Below are positions 26,109-34,534 of a stretch of DNA of 54,545 nucleotides, one piece after another. The notes below the pieces were generated by a model. The model saw only the letters and a program-made list of their open reading frames with translations, was not told the DNA's origin and ran no database searches. Every line of letters begins with the position of its first letter. Positions within the stretch are counted from its first letter, which is position 1. Made by a program: the position numbers and the translations under genes. The stretch comes from a virus (Duplodnaviria; Caudoviricetes). Location: IMG/VR virus record IMGVR_UViG_3300019881_000003, positions 1-54,545 of that record, one strand, 5' to 3'.

Positions 26109-26335
26109 GCTGCCCACCCGCTGGTGTGGGCGGGCCGGATGCCGAGTTCGGTGAGCCGGGCGTGGAGGGCTGCGAGGTTGTGGCGTTGCGCGTAGGTGCC
26201 GATGAGCATGTAGGTGCCGCCGGGCCGCAGGTCTTCGACGACGAGGATGAGGCGGTAGGGCTGGTGGGTGGTGGCGTACCAGTCGAGTGCTTCGGTGACG
26301 GTGCCGGGCACAACCTGCACAGGAAGGTGACTCAT
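26105..26335 (-). CDS. Small hypothetical protein
   Basis: Divergent from the PadR pair, coupled to the membrane gene. Confidence 0.6.
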   Translation of the reverse strand: MSHLPVQVVPGTVTEALDWYATTHQPYRLILVVEDLRPGGTYMLIGTYAQRHNLAALHARLTELGIRPAHTSGWAA

Positions 26336-26391
26336 CGTAAGTTCCCAGGTACTCTGAGGTGCGTTTCCGGCCCGGGACGCTACCACTCCCG

Positions 26392-26426
26392 CCGCTAGAG
26401 TTCTAGCGGCATCCTAGGGTTTTACT
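26392..26426. promoter_or_regulatory. Palindrome CCGCTAGAGTTCTAGCGG plus degenerate CTAGGGTTTTAC box/-10
   Basis: 8-bp perfect arms; a further box CTAGAGTTCTAC at 26705-26716. Confidence 0.75.
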
Positions 26427-26708
26427 GTGCGTCTGACCCTCGCTACCGTGCAGGTGGCCCGCGCCTTGCTCTCACCAGCGGAGCCCCGGCAGTGGCTGCG
26501 TGACATCAGCCGTCGCGCCGAGGTGGAGTCGGGGGTTGCGCACCCGATCCTGCAACGCATGCTCGGCGAGGGGTGGTTGGAGGCGTGGCGGGAGGACGGC
26601 CGCCGCTACTACCAGGTGACCCCGGTGGGTCGCACCGAGTTGGAGGGTCTGATGGTGCGGGCGCATGAGGATCCACGGTTCAAGCACCTGTTCAGCGGCG
26701 AGCGCTAG
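26427..26708 (+). CDS. PadR-family wHTH regulator 1 (leaderless)
   Basis: SGVAHPILQRM..GWL, RRYYQVT..G. Confidence 0.88.
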   Translation: MRLTLATVQVARALLSPAEPRQWLRDISRRAEVESGVAHPILQRMLGEGWLEAWREDGRRYYQVTPVGRTELEGLMVRAHEDPRFKHLFSGER

Positions 26709-26717
26709 AGTTCTACC

Positions 26718-27059
26718 GTGCATCTGACCTTGCCGACAGTCCGGGTCGCCATCTTCCTGGTGGACCACGCGGCCGATCGGCATTGGTTGCAGGACGTCTG
26801 TCGGCGAACGGGGCTGCAGTCGGGGGCGGTGCACCCGATCCTGGGGCGCATGCTCAAGGCTGGGTGGTTGGAGGACGAGTGGGAGGGTGACGATCCTCGG
26901 CCGCCGGCCCGCCGCTACTACCGGTTGACCGGCGATGGGCGGCGGGCGCTTGAGGGGTTGCTGGCGCGGGCGCGCGGCGATGCCCGGTTCACGCACCTGT
27001 TCACGAAGCCGCCGATCCCCACGTTTCAGCCGCCAAGCGGCGGGAGGAGACATGAGTAG
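26718..27059 (+). CDS. PadR-family wHTH regulator 2 (leaderless, tandem paralogue)
   Basis: SGAVHPILGRM..GWLEDEWE..PARRYYRLT..G. Confidence 0.9.
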   Translation: MHLTLPTVRVAIFLVDHAADRHWLQDVCRRTGLQSGAVHPILGRMLKAGWLEDEWEGDDPRPPARRYYRLTGDGRRALEGLLARARGDARFTHLFTKPPIPTFQPPSGGRRHE

Positions 27060-27073
27060 ACACATGATCGTGC

Positions 27074-27152
27074 TGACGCTGAGACCCCCAGGCTTGAACT
27101 GGCGACCTCTGGGTTATGAGCCCAGCGAGCTACCGAACTGCTCCACAGCGCC
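27074..27152 (-). tRNA. tRNA-Met(CAT), atypical (5-nt insertion between T arm and acceptor 3' strand; no encoded CCA)
   Basis: Acceptor GGCGCTG/CAGCGTC, D arm GAGC/GCTC, anticodon arm CTGGG-CTCATAA-CCCAG, T loop TTCAAGC. Confidence 0.8.
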
Positions 27153-27160
27153 AGCCCAGC

Positions 27161-27433
27161 CTACCGCCGTTGGACGTGGATGCGGATGACCCTCTCCTCG
27201 GTGCGGTCCTGGTTCGTGACGATCCGGTTGGTGACCTCGTAGCGTTCCCACAAGGCGCCGCCCGACAGCCACACGGTCGCCGACGTGGTGTCGTTGGTGT
27301 CGTCGTCGATGACGATGCCCGTGTCGGCGGTGATCGTGGACGTGACGATCTCCTCGCCGGCGGCGAGCCAGTCGTCGTCGTTCCAGTCGAACCGGTATTC
27401 GAGAACGCTGTTCGGTCCCTTGACGAACGCCAT
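27161..27433 (-). CDS. Phage fibre-tail adaptor-like protein
   Basis: K.P..VL.Y.FDW..WL..GE.I..VWLSGG..Y.VTNRI.T..R. Confidence 0.75.
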   Translation of the reverse strand: MAFVKGPNSVLEYRFDWNDDDWLAAGEEIVTSTITADTGIVIDDDTNDTTSATVWLSGGALWERYEVTNRIVTNQDRTEERVIRIHVQRR

Positions 27434-27452
27434 GGCGATCCCTCCTGCGCCT

Positions 27453-29333
27453 CTACAGACGGGGTGCGGTGGTCCGGTGGTCGGCGCCGATGGGATAGCC
27501 CCGGTCGTCGACCGACCGGGTGATGCGCAGGTCGGCGGGGATCGCGGCGGTGCGGGCGAGCGGGGTGAGCGTACCTGTCGGCAGCCCGCCGACGGCGGCC
27601 GCTGTCAGGCTGCCAAAGATCGCTGATGCCGTCCCGAGCAGGGTGCGCCCGCCGGCTGCTGTGGCAGCAAGTGCCCCGAACGGCGCTGTCGTTGCGGCGG
27701 CAGCCGACACGGTGCCTGCCGCGGTGGCGGACAGCGGCCCGAGCGGTGCCGCGACAACCCCCGGCCCGGTCCGCGTCCCCGTGGCGGCCGCGGCGAGCGG
27801 CCCGAGCGGGGCGGTCGCTGTCCCGGCGCGGGTGACCAGCCCGACTGCGGCGGCGAGCAGTGTCCCCAACGGCGCGGTCGCGATACCCGACCCGGTGACC
27901 AGGCCCGCAGCGGTCGCGGTGAGCGGCCCGAGTGCGGCGAGCGCGGTGCCCCCACCGGGTGGTGTCACGGTGCCGGCTGCGGTGCCGGTGAGGGCGCCGA
28001 AGGTCGCGGCGGCAGCCGCGGGGACGGTGACCGTTGCGGCGATGTTCGCGGTGAGCGCCCCGAACACGGCTGCTGCGGTCGCGGCGACGGCGGTCCCGCC
28101 GGTCGCGGTGGCTGCCAGTTCGCCGAGTGGTGCCGTCGCGACGCCGGGCACCGTGGCCAGTCCGCTGGCGGTCGCGGTGAGCCCACCGAGGACGGCCGTC
28201 GCGGTGCCGGCCCAGACGGACGCGCCCGCCGCGGTCGCGGCGAGCGCCCCGAGCGGAGCGGTCGCGGTTCCGGAAACCGTAATGGTGCCAGCGGCTGTTG
28301 CCGTCAACCCGCCGAAGACTGCAGCAGTCGACCCGGGGACGGCGACGGTTGCGGTGGCTGATGCGGCCAGCGCGCCCAACGGTGCTGTCGCGGTGCCGGC
28401 CAGCAGCAGCACGCCGGCGGCCTGCGCCGCGAGATGGCCGAGGGGCGCCGCCGCAGTTGCGGTGACCGTCGCGATGCCGTTCGCGGTGGCGGCCAACGCC
28501 CCGAAGGTGGCCGCGGCCGAGCCCGGCACCGTCAACGTACCTGCGGCTGCGGCGGTGAGCGCACCGAGCGGGGCCGACGCCGTGCCGGTCACGGTGGGTG
28601 TGCCGGCCGCGGATGCAACCAGCGCACCGAGCGGGGCGCTCGCGGTGCCCGGTACGGTGGCCCCGCCGGGTGCGGGCAGGACCCGCCGGGGCGCCGGGGT
28701 CCGCCACAGGATCGGTGGGTCGTCTTCGTAGGCGACACCGGAGCCGCCGCCGAGCGCCCGCCCGTTCCCCGACCAGTCCAGCGGGTCGGGGCGGCGCAGC
28801 GGATAGTAGGCCGCCAGGTTTGCTGTGCGGGCCGGATACGCCTGTTCCGCTTCGGCGAGCACCTCGGCGCGGGTGAGGGTGGCGCCGGCCCAGATCTTCA
28901 GGGCGGTAACGTCGCCGTTCAGCCATTCGGTGCCGAACACGGATTCGCCGATGAGCAGGTTGGTGGCGGTCACGCTGGCCGACAGCCCCGACAGGGCGAC
29001 CGCCGTGAGACCCGCCTGACCCGCAGGCCGGTAGTAGGCGGTGCCTGCGGTGCCGGTCCGGCAGATCGCGAAGAAGTACCAGACGCCCACTGTCATCGCC
29101 GCGATGTCGGTGGCGGGTGACACGTCGGCGTAGATGCCCATGGTGGTGCCGTCGGCACCGGCCTGCAGGACTTCGGTGTCGTTGATGTTCCCGGCGTCCA
29201 TGTTCCAGAGCGTCGAGTAGGTGTTGCGGTCGACAGCGATCCGTCCCCAGCAGGTGACGGTGTAGGCGGTGAGTGTGCCGAGGCTGATCGCCCGGTTGTA
29301 GTCCTGCCCGTCCGCGCTGAACCGGACTGCCAT
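27453..29333 (-). CDS. Fibre protein: N-terminal LamG/ConA-like domain plus 17 x ~21-aa Ala/Thr/Gly repeats
   Basis: YTVTCW, WYFFA, WLNGDV..LKIW..LT.AEV; GTATAPLGALxAxAAG repeats. Confidence 0.8.
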   Translation of the reverse strand: MAVRFSADGQDYNRAISLGTLTAYTVTCWGRIAVDRNTYSTLWNMDAGNINDTEVLQAGADGTTMGIYADVSPATDIAAMTVGVWYFFAICRTGTAGTAYYRPAGQAGLTAVALSGLSASVTATNLLIGESVFGTEWLNGDVTALKIWAGATLTRAEVLAEAEQAYPARTANLAAYYPLRRPDPLDWSGNGRALGGGSGVAYEDDPPILWRTPAPRRVLPAPGGATVPGTASAPLGALVASAAGTPTVTGTASAPLGALTAAAAGTLTVPGSAAATFGALAATANGIATVTATAAAPLGHLAAQAAGVLLLAGTATAPLGALAASATATVAVPGSTAAVFGGLTATAAGTITVSGTATAPLGALAATAAGASVWAGTATAVLGGLTATASGLATVPGVATAPLGELAATATGGTAVAATAAAVFGALTANIAATVTVPAAAAATFGALTGTAAGTVTPPGGGTALAALGPLTATAAGLVTGSGIATAPLGTLLAAAVGLVTRAGTATAPLGPLAAAATGTRTGPGVVAAPLGPLSATAAGTVSAAAATTAPFGALAATAAGGRTLLGTASAIFGSLTAAAVGGLPTGTLTPLARTAAIPADLRITRSVDDRGYPIGADHRTTAPRL

Positions 29334-29336
29334 CGG

Positions 29337-29765
29337 TCAGGCGACGTCGTACTTGATGCCGGCGTACTCGACTTCGTGGCTGCCGCCTGTCGCGTCGAGG
29401 GCGGCGCCGGAATTGTTGAGGACGGCGATCTTCCAGTGGGTTCCGATCGGTCCGATCGGCTCGGTGGAGAAGGTGCGCGCGTAGGTGGTGGCGTTCGCGA
29501 TCGTGGGGAGCGCGCCCAGGAACGTGCTGGTGTTGTCGTCGTAGTCGGTGCCGCCGTCGGTGGAGCGCACCAGGAACACCGAGCATGACCCGGCGGCGGA
29601 GGTGCCCGCCGCGTTGGTTTTGATCTTGACCCGCACGTTCGCGGACAGGAACTTGTTTGTGCTGTTGTCGATCGCGCTGGCCACCGCGCTGGACCCGTTG
29701 GCCAGCGACGCCAGGGTTATCGTCACGCTCTGCGTGTTGGTGGCGTTGAGCGTCGCAGTGGCCAC
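29337..29765 (-). CDS. Fibre-module structural protein
   Basis: TLASLANG..IDNST..WKIAVLNNSGAAL beta-rich protein; in operon. Confidence 0.65.
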   Translation of the reverse strand: MATATLNATNTQSVTITLASLANGSSAVASAIDNSTNKFLSANVRVKIKTNAAGTSAAGSCSVFLVRSTDGGTDYDDNTSTFLGALPTIANATTYARTFSTEPIGPIGTHWKIAVLNNSGAALDATGGSHEVEYAGIKYDVA

Positions 29766-29776
29766 AGCCGGCCCCC

Positions 29777-30193
29777 CTAGCTGTTGCGGGCGATCGCCAC
29801 GTCGGCATCGCTGATGTTGGTGTTCTCCCCGAACAGGATTTCTGACCGGGACGCCGCGCGGGACGCCGCGGCGGTCAGGTTGGTGCGGCTGGTGGTGCCC
29901 GCCGCGAACAGCTGCCCGACCTGCGCGCGCAGGGTCGCGTCCCCGGTCTTCACTTTGGTGCTGGAGAACACCATGTCGAGGTAGGTTTTCGCGGCACTGG
30001 CGAGCGCGTCGTATTCGGCTCGGACGATGCACGCCACCAGGTCTTCTACTGGCGTGTATGACCGGAACATGGTTTCGCCGGACCCGCCTGGGGTGTTCAT
30101 CAGAACGGCGACCTCGTAGTCCGATTTGCCGGTGTAGCCGAGTGTTTTCGGGTCGGTGATGATCTCGGTTTTCAGGGCCTGGTAGTCAGTCAA
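29777..30193 (-). CDS. Fibre-module protein
   Basis: LKTEI.TDP..LGY..SRSEILFG; in operon. Confidence 0.65.
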   Translation of the reverse strand: MTDYQALKTEIITDPKTLGYTGKSDYEVAVLMNTPGGSGETMFRSYTPVEDLVACIVRAEYDALASAAKTYLDMVFSSTKVKTGDATLRAQVGQLFAAGTTSRTNLTAAASRAASRSEILFGENTNISDADVAIARNS

Positions 30194-30217
30194 CGCGGTT
30201 TCCCCCCACTGGGCGTG

Positions 30218-30586
30218 TCAGGACGCGACCGTGAACGCCGCTGTGAGCGCACCGGAGGCGATGGTGAACGTGTCCCCGGCGGTGACCGGGTTGGCGGTGA
30301 TGCCACCGGTCCATCCGCAGGTGCCGGCGGTGGATGCGGTGAATCCGCCGAACGCGGTGTAGTCCTCGGATGCGGCGACTGATGTCCAGGTCAGCGCGCC
30401 AGCGGTGGCCTTGGATCCGCCGGACGCCGCGGCGGGTGAGGTGATCTGCTTGCGGGTGGTTTCGGTGGCGGCGTTGGCGGTGCCGATGGCGGTGGCGCCG
30501 ACGAACAGCTTGACCCACGGGTAGGACACCCACAGCTCGTCGAGGTAGGTGTTCGCGGCGACGGGCGCGAGCCCTTCAGCTGCCAT
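30218..30586 (-). CDS. Phage tail-fibre-associated protein
   Basis: ANTYLD, ASTAGT, VTAGDTFTIASGAL. Confidence 0.75.
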   Translation of the reverse strand: MAAEGLAPVAANTYLDELWVSYPWVKLFVGATAIGTANAATETTRKQITSPAAASGGSKATAGALTWTSVAASEDYTAFGGFTASTAGTCGWTGGITANPVTAGDTFTIASGALTAAFTVAS

Positions 30587-30794
30587 CAGCGTTCTCCCTC
30601 AGTGCGATGAGGTGGCCGCGGAGCTTGTCGCCCTGCTTGCCCTTGGCGTCGGCGATCTGCTGTTTGCAGGTGTCGCAGCCGTTGTTGCCGTGGCAGTCCA
30701 TGTGGAAGAACAGCGACTCGGTGGGGGTCATCGCGATGACGTGCCGCGGGTGGTCGTCTTCCTTGCCGCATGCGGCGCAAGGCCGGACGTGCAT
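30576..30794 (-). CDS. Small Cys/His protein
   Basis: CAACGKEDDHPRH..HMDC..C..C. Confidence 0.7.
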   Translation of the reverse strand: MHVRPCAACGKEDDHPRHVIAMTPTESLFFHMDCHGNNGCDTCKQQIADAKGKQGDKLRGHLIALRENADGS

Positions 30795-31186
30795 CAGATG
30801 CCCTCAGCAGGCGTGACGAGTCCGCCCGTGGCGTAGCGGGTGATGGGGCGCGTCGCGGCCCCCACCTTGGCTTCGACGTTCTGGCGGACGAAGAACGCGC
30901 CGATGGCGGTGACAATGGCGAGGATCCCGACCTGGGTGGTGTCGGGGAAGTCGACGCCGAACGCGAGGACGACGGCGAACACGGCCTTGAGCAGGCCGAC
31001 GAGGGCGGGGAGCGCGGCATCGACGGATACCCACGCGGCGGTGAGGAACCCGGCGGCGGCGAGGGTCGCGGCGTTGATCACGCCGTGCACCTCATCCGAC
31101 CATGGGGCGAGCAGAAACAGGGCTTGGGCGAGGGTGGCGGCGAGCGCCCAGAACACGGCAGGCTCTCGCCCGAAGATCTGCTTCAT
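30794..31186 (-). CDS. Holin
   Basis: Multi-TM; IFGREPA start and VRQNV end; follows the endolysin. Confidence 0.8.
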   Translation of the reverse strand: MKQIFGREPAVFWALAATLAQALFLLAPWSDEVHGVINAATLAAAGFLTAAWVSVDAALPALVGLLKAVFAVVLAFGVDFPDTTQVGILAIVTAIGAFFVRQNVEAKVGAATRPITRYATGGLVTPAEGI

Positions 31187-31188
31187 GG

Positions 31189-31947
31189 CTACTTCTCCTT
31201 GGGGAGCTTGGCGATGGCGGCTTCGATGGCGGCGAGCCGCTTGTCGAACCCGGCGACCGTGGTTTTGAGCCCGTTGACGAGCTGGTTGGTGTTGAGCCAG
31301 GTGTGCCCCCACCGGTTGGGGCCGGGGTCTTTCACGGGGTCGGTGGGCTGCATGTCGGTCTCCTTGGGCGGGGTGCGGATGACGGTGGCCGCGGTGCGGA
31401 ACGCGGGCATGTTGATGGTTCGGCCGGGCGCGTCACCGGGATCCCATTTGCCGGTGATCGACGTTTCGGCGTGGGCGCGGATCCGCTGGATGTTGCCGTA
31501 GCCGAGGACGTCGGCGACGATCCGCGACCAGATCAGGGCCGTGCGGTATTGGGCGTCTCGCATGGGCACCGTGCCGGGGTAGACGATCTCGAGGCCCATG
31601 ACGCGGGGGTTGAACAGGCGAGTCGTCGGGAGGGGTCCCATCGACCGGCCGCCGCTGGCCCCGGCGTGGTTGGCGGGGAATGCGGCGATGAACGTGAGCG
31701 TCCCGTCGTCGTTGCCCGCGTAGTTGCACAGCGGCCCGGACAGGTCGGAGCGCCCGTCGGCGAGGAGCTTGCCGGCGCTTGTGGTGGGGAGCGCGACGCC
31801 GAACGCCGATGCGGTGTGGTGGTCGATCCCGCCTTCGTAGGCGGGGGATAGCCCGTTGCCGCGTGTCCAGCAGCCGGGGTATTCGTGGACGATGATGCCG
31901 GCGGCGCGGAGCCGGGCGTTGATTTCGCGGCAGCGTGCGACGCTCAC
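31189..31947 (-). CDS. Endolysin, N-acetylmuramoyl-L-alanine amidase
   Basis: HHTAS, GRSDLSGPLCN, ANHAG, GLE, AHAE..KWDPG. Confidence 0.92.
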   Translation of the reverse strand: MSVARCREINARLRAAGIIVHEYPGCWTRGNGLSPAYEGGIDHHTASAFGVALPTTSAGKLLADGRSDLSGPLCNYAGNDDGTLTFIAAFPANHAGASGGRSMGPLPTTRLFNPRVMGLEIVYPGTVPMRDAQYRTALIWSRIVADVLGYGNIQRIRAHAETSITGKWDPGDAPGRTINMPAFRTAATVIRTPPKETDMQPTDPVKDPGPNRWGHTWLNTNQLVNGLKTTVAGFDKRLAAIEAAIAKLPKEK

Positions 31948-32159
31948 GTCAGGGCCTGCACGTCGTGGCATTCGCACAGGCAGCCGAGCCCGCCGTTCAT
32001 GGCGGCGCCGAGCCCGAGGCAGGTGCTGTGATGTCCGACCGGCTGCGACACGCATGTCAGCGACCGGCCTAGGAGCTTGGCCCGTTCGACGGCGTCGTCG
32101 ATCAGTTGCTGTCGTCGCGCTTTGCGGGCGTGCAGCAGTGTCCCGGCGGCGACGCTCAC
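31944..32159 (-). CDS. Small Cys-rich protein
   Basis: GTGA overlaps; CLCECH. Confidence 0.6.
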   Translation of the reverse strand: MSVAAGTLLHARKARRQQLIDDAVERAKLLGRSLTCVSQPVGHHSTCLGLGAAMNGGLGCLCECHDVQALT

Positions 32160-32308
32160 GACGACCTCACCTTCCGAAACGAGTGCGCGATCTGCTGGAT
32201 CTCGTGCACCGGCATCCGGGTGAGGCGGCGGAAGATCCGCCGCTTCAGCCGGTAGTGGCCAGCGGCGAACCCCACAACGAACGCGGCTATGACCGCCAGG
32301 CAGATCAC
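32156..32308 (-). CDS. Small membrane protein
   Basis: GTGA overlaps; N-terminal TM. Confidence 0.5.
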   Translation of the reverse strand: MICLAVIAAFVVGFAAGHYRLKRRIFRRLTRMPVHEIQQIAHSFRKVRSS

Positions 32309-32580
32309 GACGTCGCCTCGATGGAGGGGACGGTCAGCGGGTTGGCTGCGGCCTCGACGTCGGGGTCGAAGCCGTCGCGCAGGTAGGCGGCGACCGGCGC
32401 CCGGTTGATTGCGCCGGTGATCAGCATCCCGCCGTCCTGTTCGCGCACATCGGTGTCGACTTCCCCGGCGTAGATGTCGGGGTCGTCGTCGAGGGATGTG
32501 ACGGCGGACAGGTGTGCCCGCACATGGTCAACAACGGTGGGGACCTGGTCGAACGGGGTCCAGCGGGAGTAGCGCAGCAC
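32305..32580 (-). CDS. Hypothetical protein
   Basis: AAGGAGG RBS before GTG. Confidence 0.65.
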   Translation of the reverse strand: MLRYSRWTPFDQVPTVVDHVRAHLSAVTSLDDDPDIYAGEVDTDVREQDGGMLITGAINRAPVAAYLRDGFDPDVEAAANPLTVPSIEATS

Positions 32581-32618
32581 GTGGAGACCTCCTTGCAGGG
32601 GGTGGGAGGATCGGGGGC

Positions 32619-32930
32619 GTGACCGACCAAAACGAAACGTGGGCGACGGCAGGGTTCGAATCACGGCCGCGCCCGCAGGTGTTCGTTCAGTGGAAGAACA
32701 CCGAGGTCTGCCTGGACTTCCGCTGCCCGTGTGGGTACGACGGCCACTTCGATGGCATGTTCGCCTACGGTCTGCGGTGCGCGCAGTGCGGCGCCGAGTT
32801 CGCCATGCCGCACACCTTTGGCCTGCTCCCCGACCCAGACGGTGTAGTCCAAGACGCCACGGCCGCGCCGCACCAGGATGGGGCAGCGACTGAGGTTGCG
32901 TATGCCGAGGTGACCGACTCGGACGACTAG
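32619..32930 (+). CDS. Antisense accessory gene, Zn-ribbon protein
   Basis: FVQWKNTEVCLDFRCPCG..GHFDG..CAQCG. Confidence 0.75.
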   Translation: MTDQNETWATAGFESRPRPQVFVQWKNTEVCLDFRCPCGYDGHFDGMFAYGLRCAQCGAEFAMPHTFGLLPDPDGVVQDATAAPHQDGAATEVAYAEVTDSDD

Positions 32931-32947
32931 TTGCCGGGGGTGGGCGG

Positions 32948-33199
32948 CTAGTGCGTGTCGGGCTCGTCGTCCAACTTGCTTTGGTCTTCGGGTACCGGGA
33001 GCCCGGCGTCAACCAGCGCTTTGATCAGGGTGCGTTGGAACCGCAGCATGTCGGTGCGCTGCTGGTTGACGATGGTGTGCGTCTGCTTGTTCACCCGGAA
33101 GTTCGGGATCATGACCTTGAGGGTGACGATCGTGCCGCCGACGGCGGTGAGCATCGTGGCCATGGCGGTGATCGTCCCGGCCAGCGTTCCCCATTGCAT
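32948..33199 (-). CDS. Membrane protein (lysis-associated?)
   Basis: N-terminal TM, THTIVNQQRTDM. Confidence 0.7.
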   Translation of the reverse strand: MQWGTLAGTITAMATMLTAVGGTIVTLKVMIPNFRVNKQTHTIVNQQRTDMLRFQRTLIKALVDAGLPVPEDQSKLDDEPDTH

Positions 33200-33216
33200 G
33201 TGGTCAGTCCTCGTCG

Positions 33217-33507
33217 TCAGTCGGCGGTGATGGTGAACGAGGTGAGGCCCGGACCGGGGGCCGCCTGGACCCGTTCGGTGGTGAGCGGATCAACGTCCCA
33301 GCTGTCGTCGTAGGTGAACCAGGTGCCGACCGGCAGCTCACCGTCGAACTCGCCGTACTCGCTGCGGGCGTGCAGCGAGGTGTCCAGGTTCACCTCAAAC
33401 GTCCATTCGGGCCACTCGGCTTCGAGCTCGGCGAGGTTGTCGCCCGTCCACTTCGTGTACTTGCGGAGGATCGGCCGGCGGGTGGTCCACTGAACGTTGT
33501 CAGTCAT
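33217..33507 (-). CDS. Hypothetical protein
   Basis: In late operon; KWTGDN motif. Confidence 0.65.
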   Translation of the reverse strand: MTDNVQWTTRRPILRKYTKWTGDNLAELEAEWPEWTFEVNLDTSLHARSEYGEFDGELPVGTWFTYDDSWDVDPLTTERVQAAPGPGLTSFTITAD

Positions 33508-33532
33508 GTGCAGCCCCAAGCGTGTTGTGTGG

Positions 33533-34021
33533 TCAGGAGAGGCGTCGGAGGATCCCCCACGAGCCTTGGAGTACGGAGGTGGTGACGGCGGTGGCGGCGA
33601 ACTGGCCGAACGTCAACACGACTCCACCGGCGATGTCGCCGGTGAGGATGGTCCCGGAGGCCCGCGCGATCTTGGCGGTGGTGCCGTCGGAGCCGCCGAA
33701 GCTGGTGGTGCCGGCCAGCGGGTTGGCGTTGCCGAAGTTTTGGTGCGCCGACGCGATGCTCATGCCGGTGCCGTTCCAGCTCATGGCCGCGTCGTCGGGG
33801 AGGGAGAACCCAAACCTTATGTCGGCGGCGTCGGTGGTGATGTACACGATGTCGAGCCGGATCACATAGAGGGCGTGGGCGTCGAGGTCCCAGATGAGGC
33901 TTTCGTCGGTGGCCTGCACCAGCGTGTTGGTGACCGACTGGTCGATCTCCTTGTAGGCCACGACGCCGCGCGCCCGGTTGAGTGCGGGTGCTCGCAGGTC
34001 GTCGTTGGTGTTGAACAGCAT
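33533..34021 (-). CDS. Minor tail protein (paralogue B)
   Basis: K..DQSVT..D..L.W..DA..Y shared with the neighbouring gene. Confidence 0.75.
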   Translation of the reverse strand: MLFNTNDDLRAPALNRARGVVAYKEIDQSVTNTLVQATDESLIWDLDAHALYVIRLDIVYITTDAADIRFGFSLPDDAAMSWNGTGMSIASAHQNFGNANPLAGTTSFGGSDGTTAKIARASGTILTGDIAGGVVLTFGQFAATAVTTSVLQGSWGILRRLS

Positions 34022-34023
34022 CG

Positions 34024-34509
34024 CTACGCCCGGTACACCACGCCGAAGGATCCGGCGCGCATCGTGGTGGCGGTGCCGTTGCTGGTTGCTTGCGCGAAGC
34101 GCAGCACGAAGTTTCCGGCGGTGGAGTCGACGTGCAGGTATCCCGACACCTGCACGATCCGGCCGATCGCCGCGCCCGCGGTGCCGTAGGCGCTCGCAGT
34201 CGCGGCGGCCAGGTTGCCCACGTTTTTGTAGCCCAGGCTTGTGTCGAGGCCGGTCGCCGACCAGGACATGATGGCGCCAGAGGGGACGGCCCAGCCGATG
34301 TTGAGGTTCCCCGCGCCGTTGGCCCCCGTATAGACGAGGTCCATGTCGAACACATAGTTGACGTTGGCGTCGACCGGCCACGTTAGTTCGGCGTCGCTGA
34401 CGAGGGTGGTGGACGAGGTGACGGACTGGTCGGAGTTTTTGCGGATCCCCCAGCCGAGCTCCTCGTTGACCCTCTTCGAGTTGGCGTCTTCGCCGGCCAG
34501 GAACGTCAT
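34024..34509 (-). CDS. Minor tail protein (paralogue A)
   Basis: FLAGE, KNSDQSVTSSTTLVSDAEL, FAQATSN..T.MRAGS. Confidence 0.8.
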   Translation of the reverse strand: MTFLAGEDANSKRVNEELGWGIRKNSDQSVTSSTTLVSDAELTWPVDANVNYVFDMDLVYTGANGAGNLNIGWAVPSGAIMSWSATGLDTSLGYKNVGNLAAATASAYGTAGAAIGRIVQVSGYLHVDSTAGNFVLRFAQATSNGTATTMRAGSFGVVYRA

Positions 34510-34534
34510 CCGGCAACCCCCCTCTCTGGCCTGG

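Noticed and set aside
27074-27152. tRNA fragment as an attL/attR prophage boundary
   Set aside because: The cloverleaf is complete with its own paired acceptor stem, phage genes continue on both sides, and there is no second copy
33533-34509. Diversity-generating retroelement or invertible tail switch from the paralogous tail genes
   Set aside because: No reverse transcriptase or invertase; the similarity is distant and only at protein level
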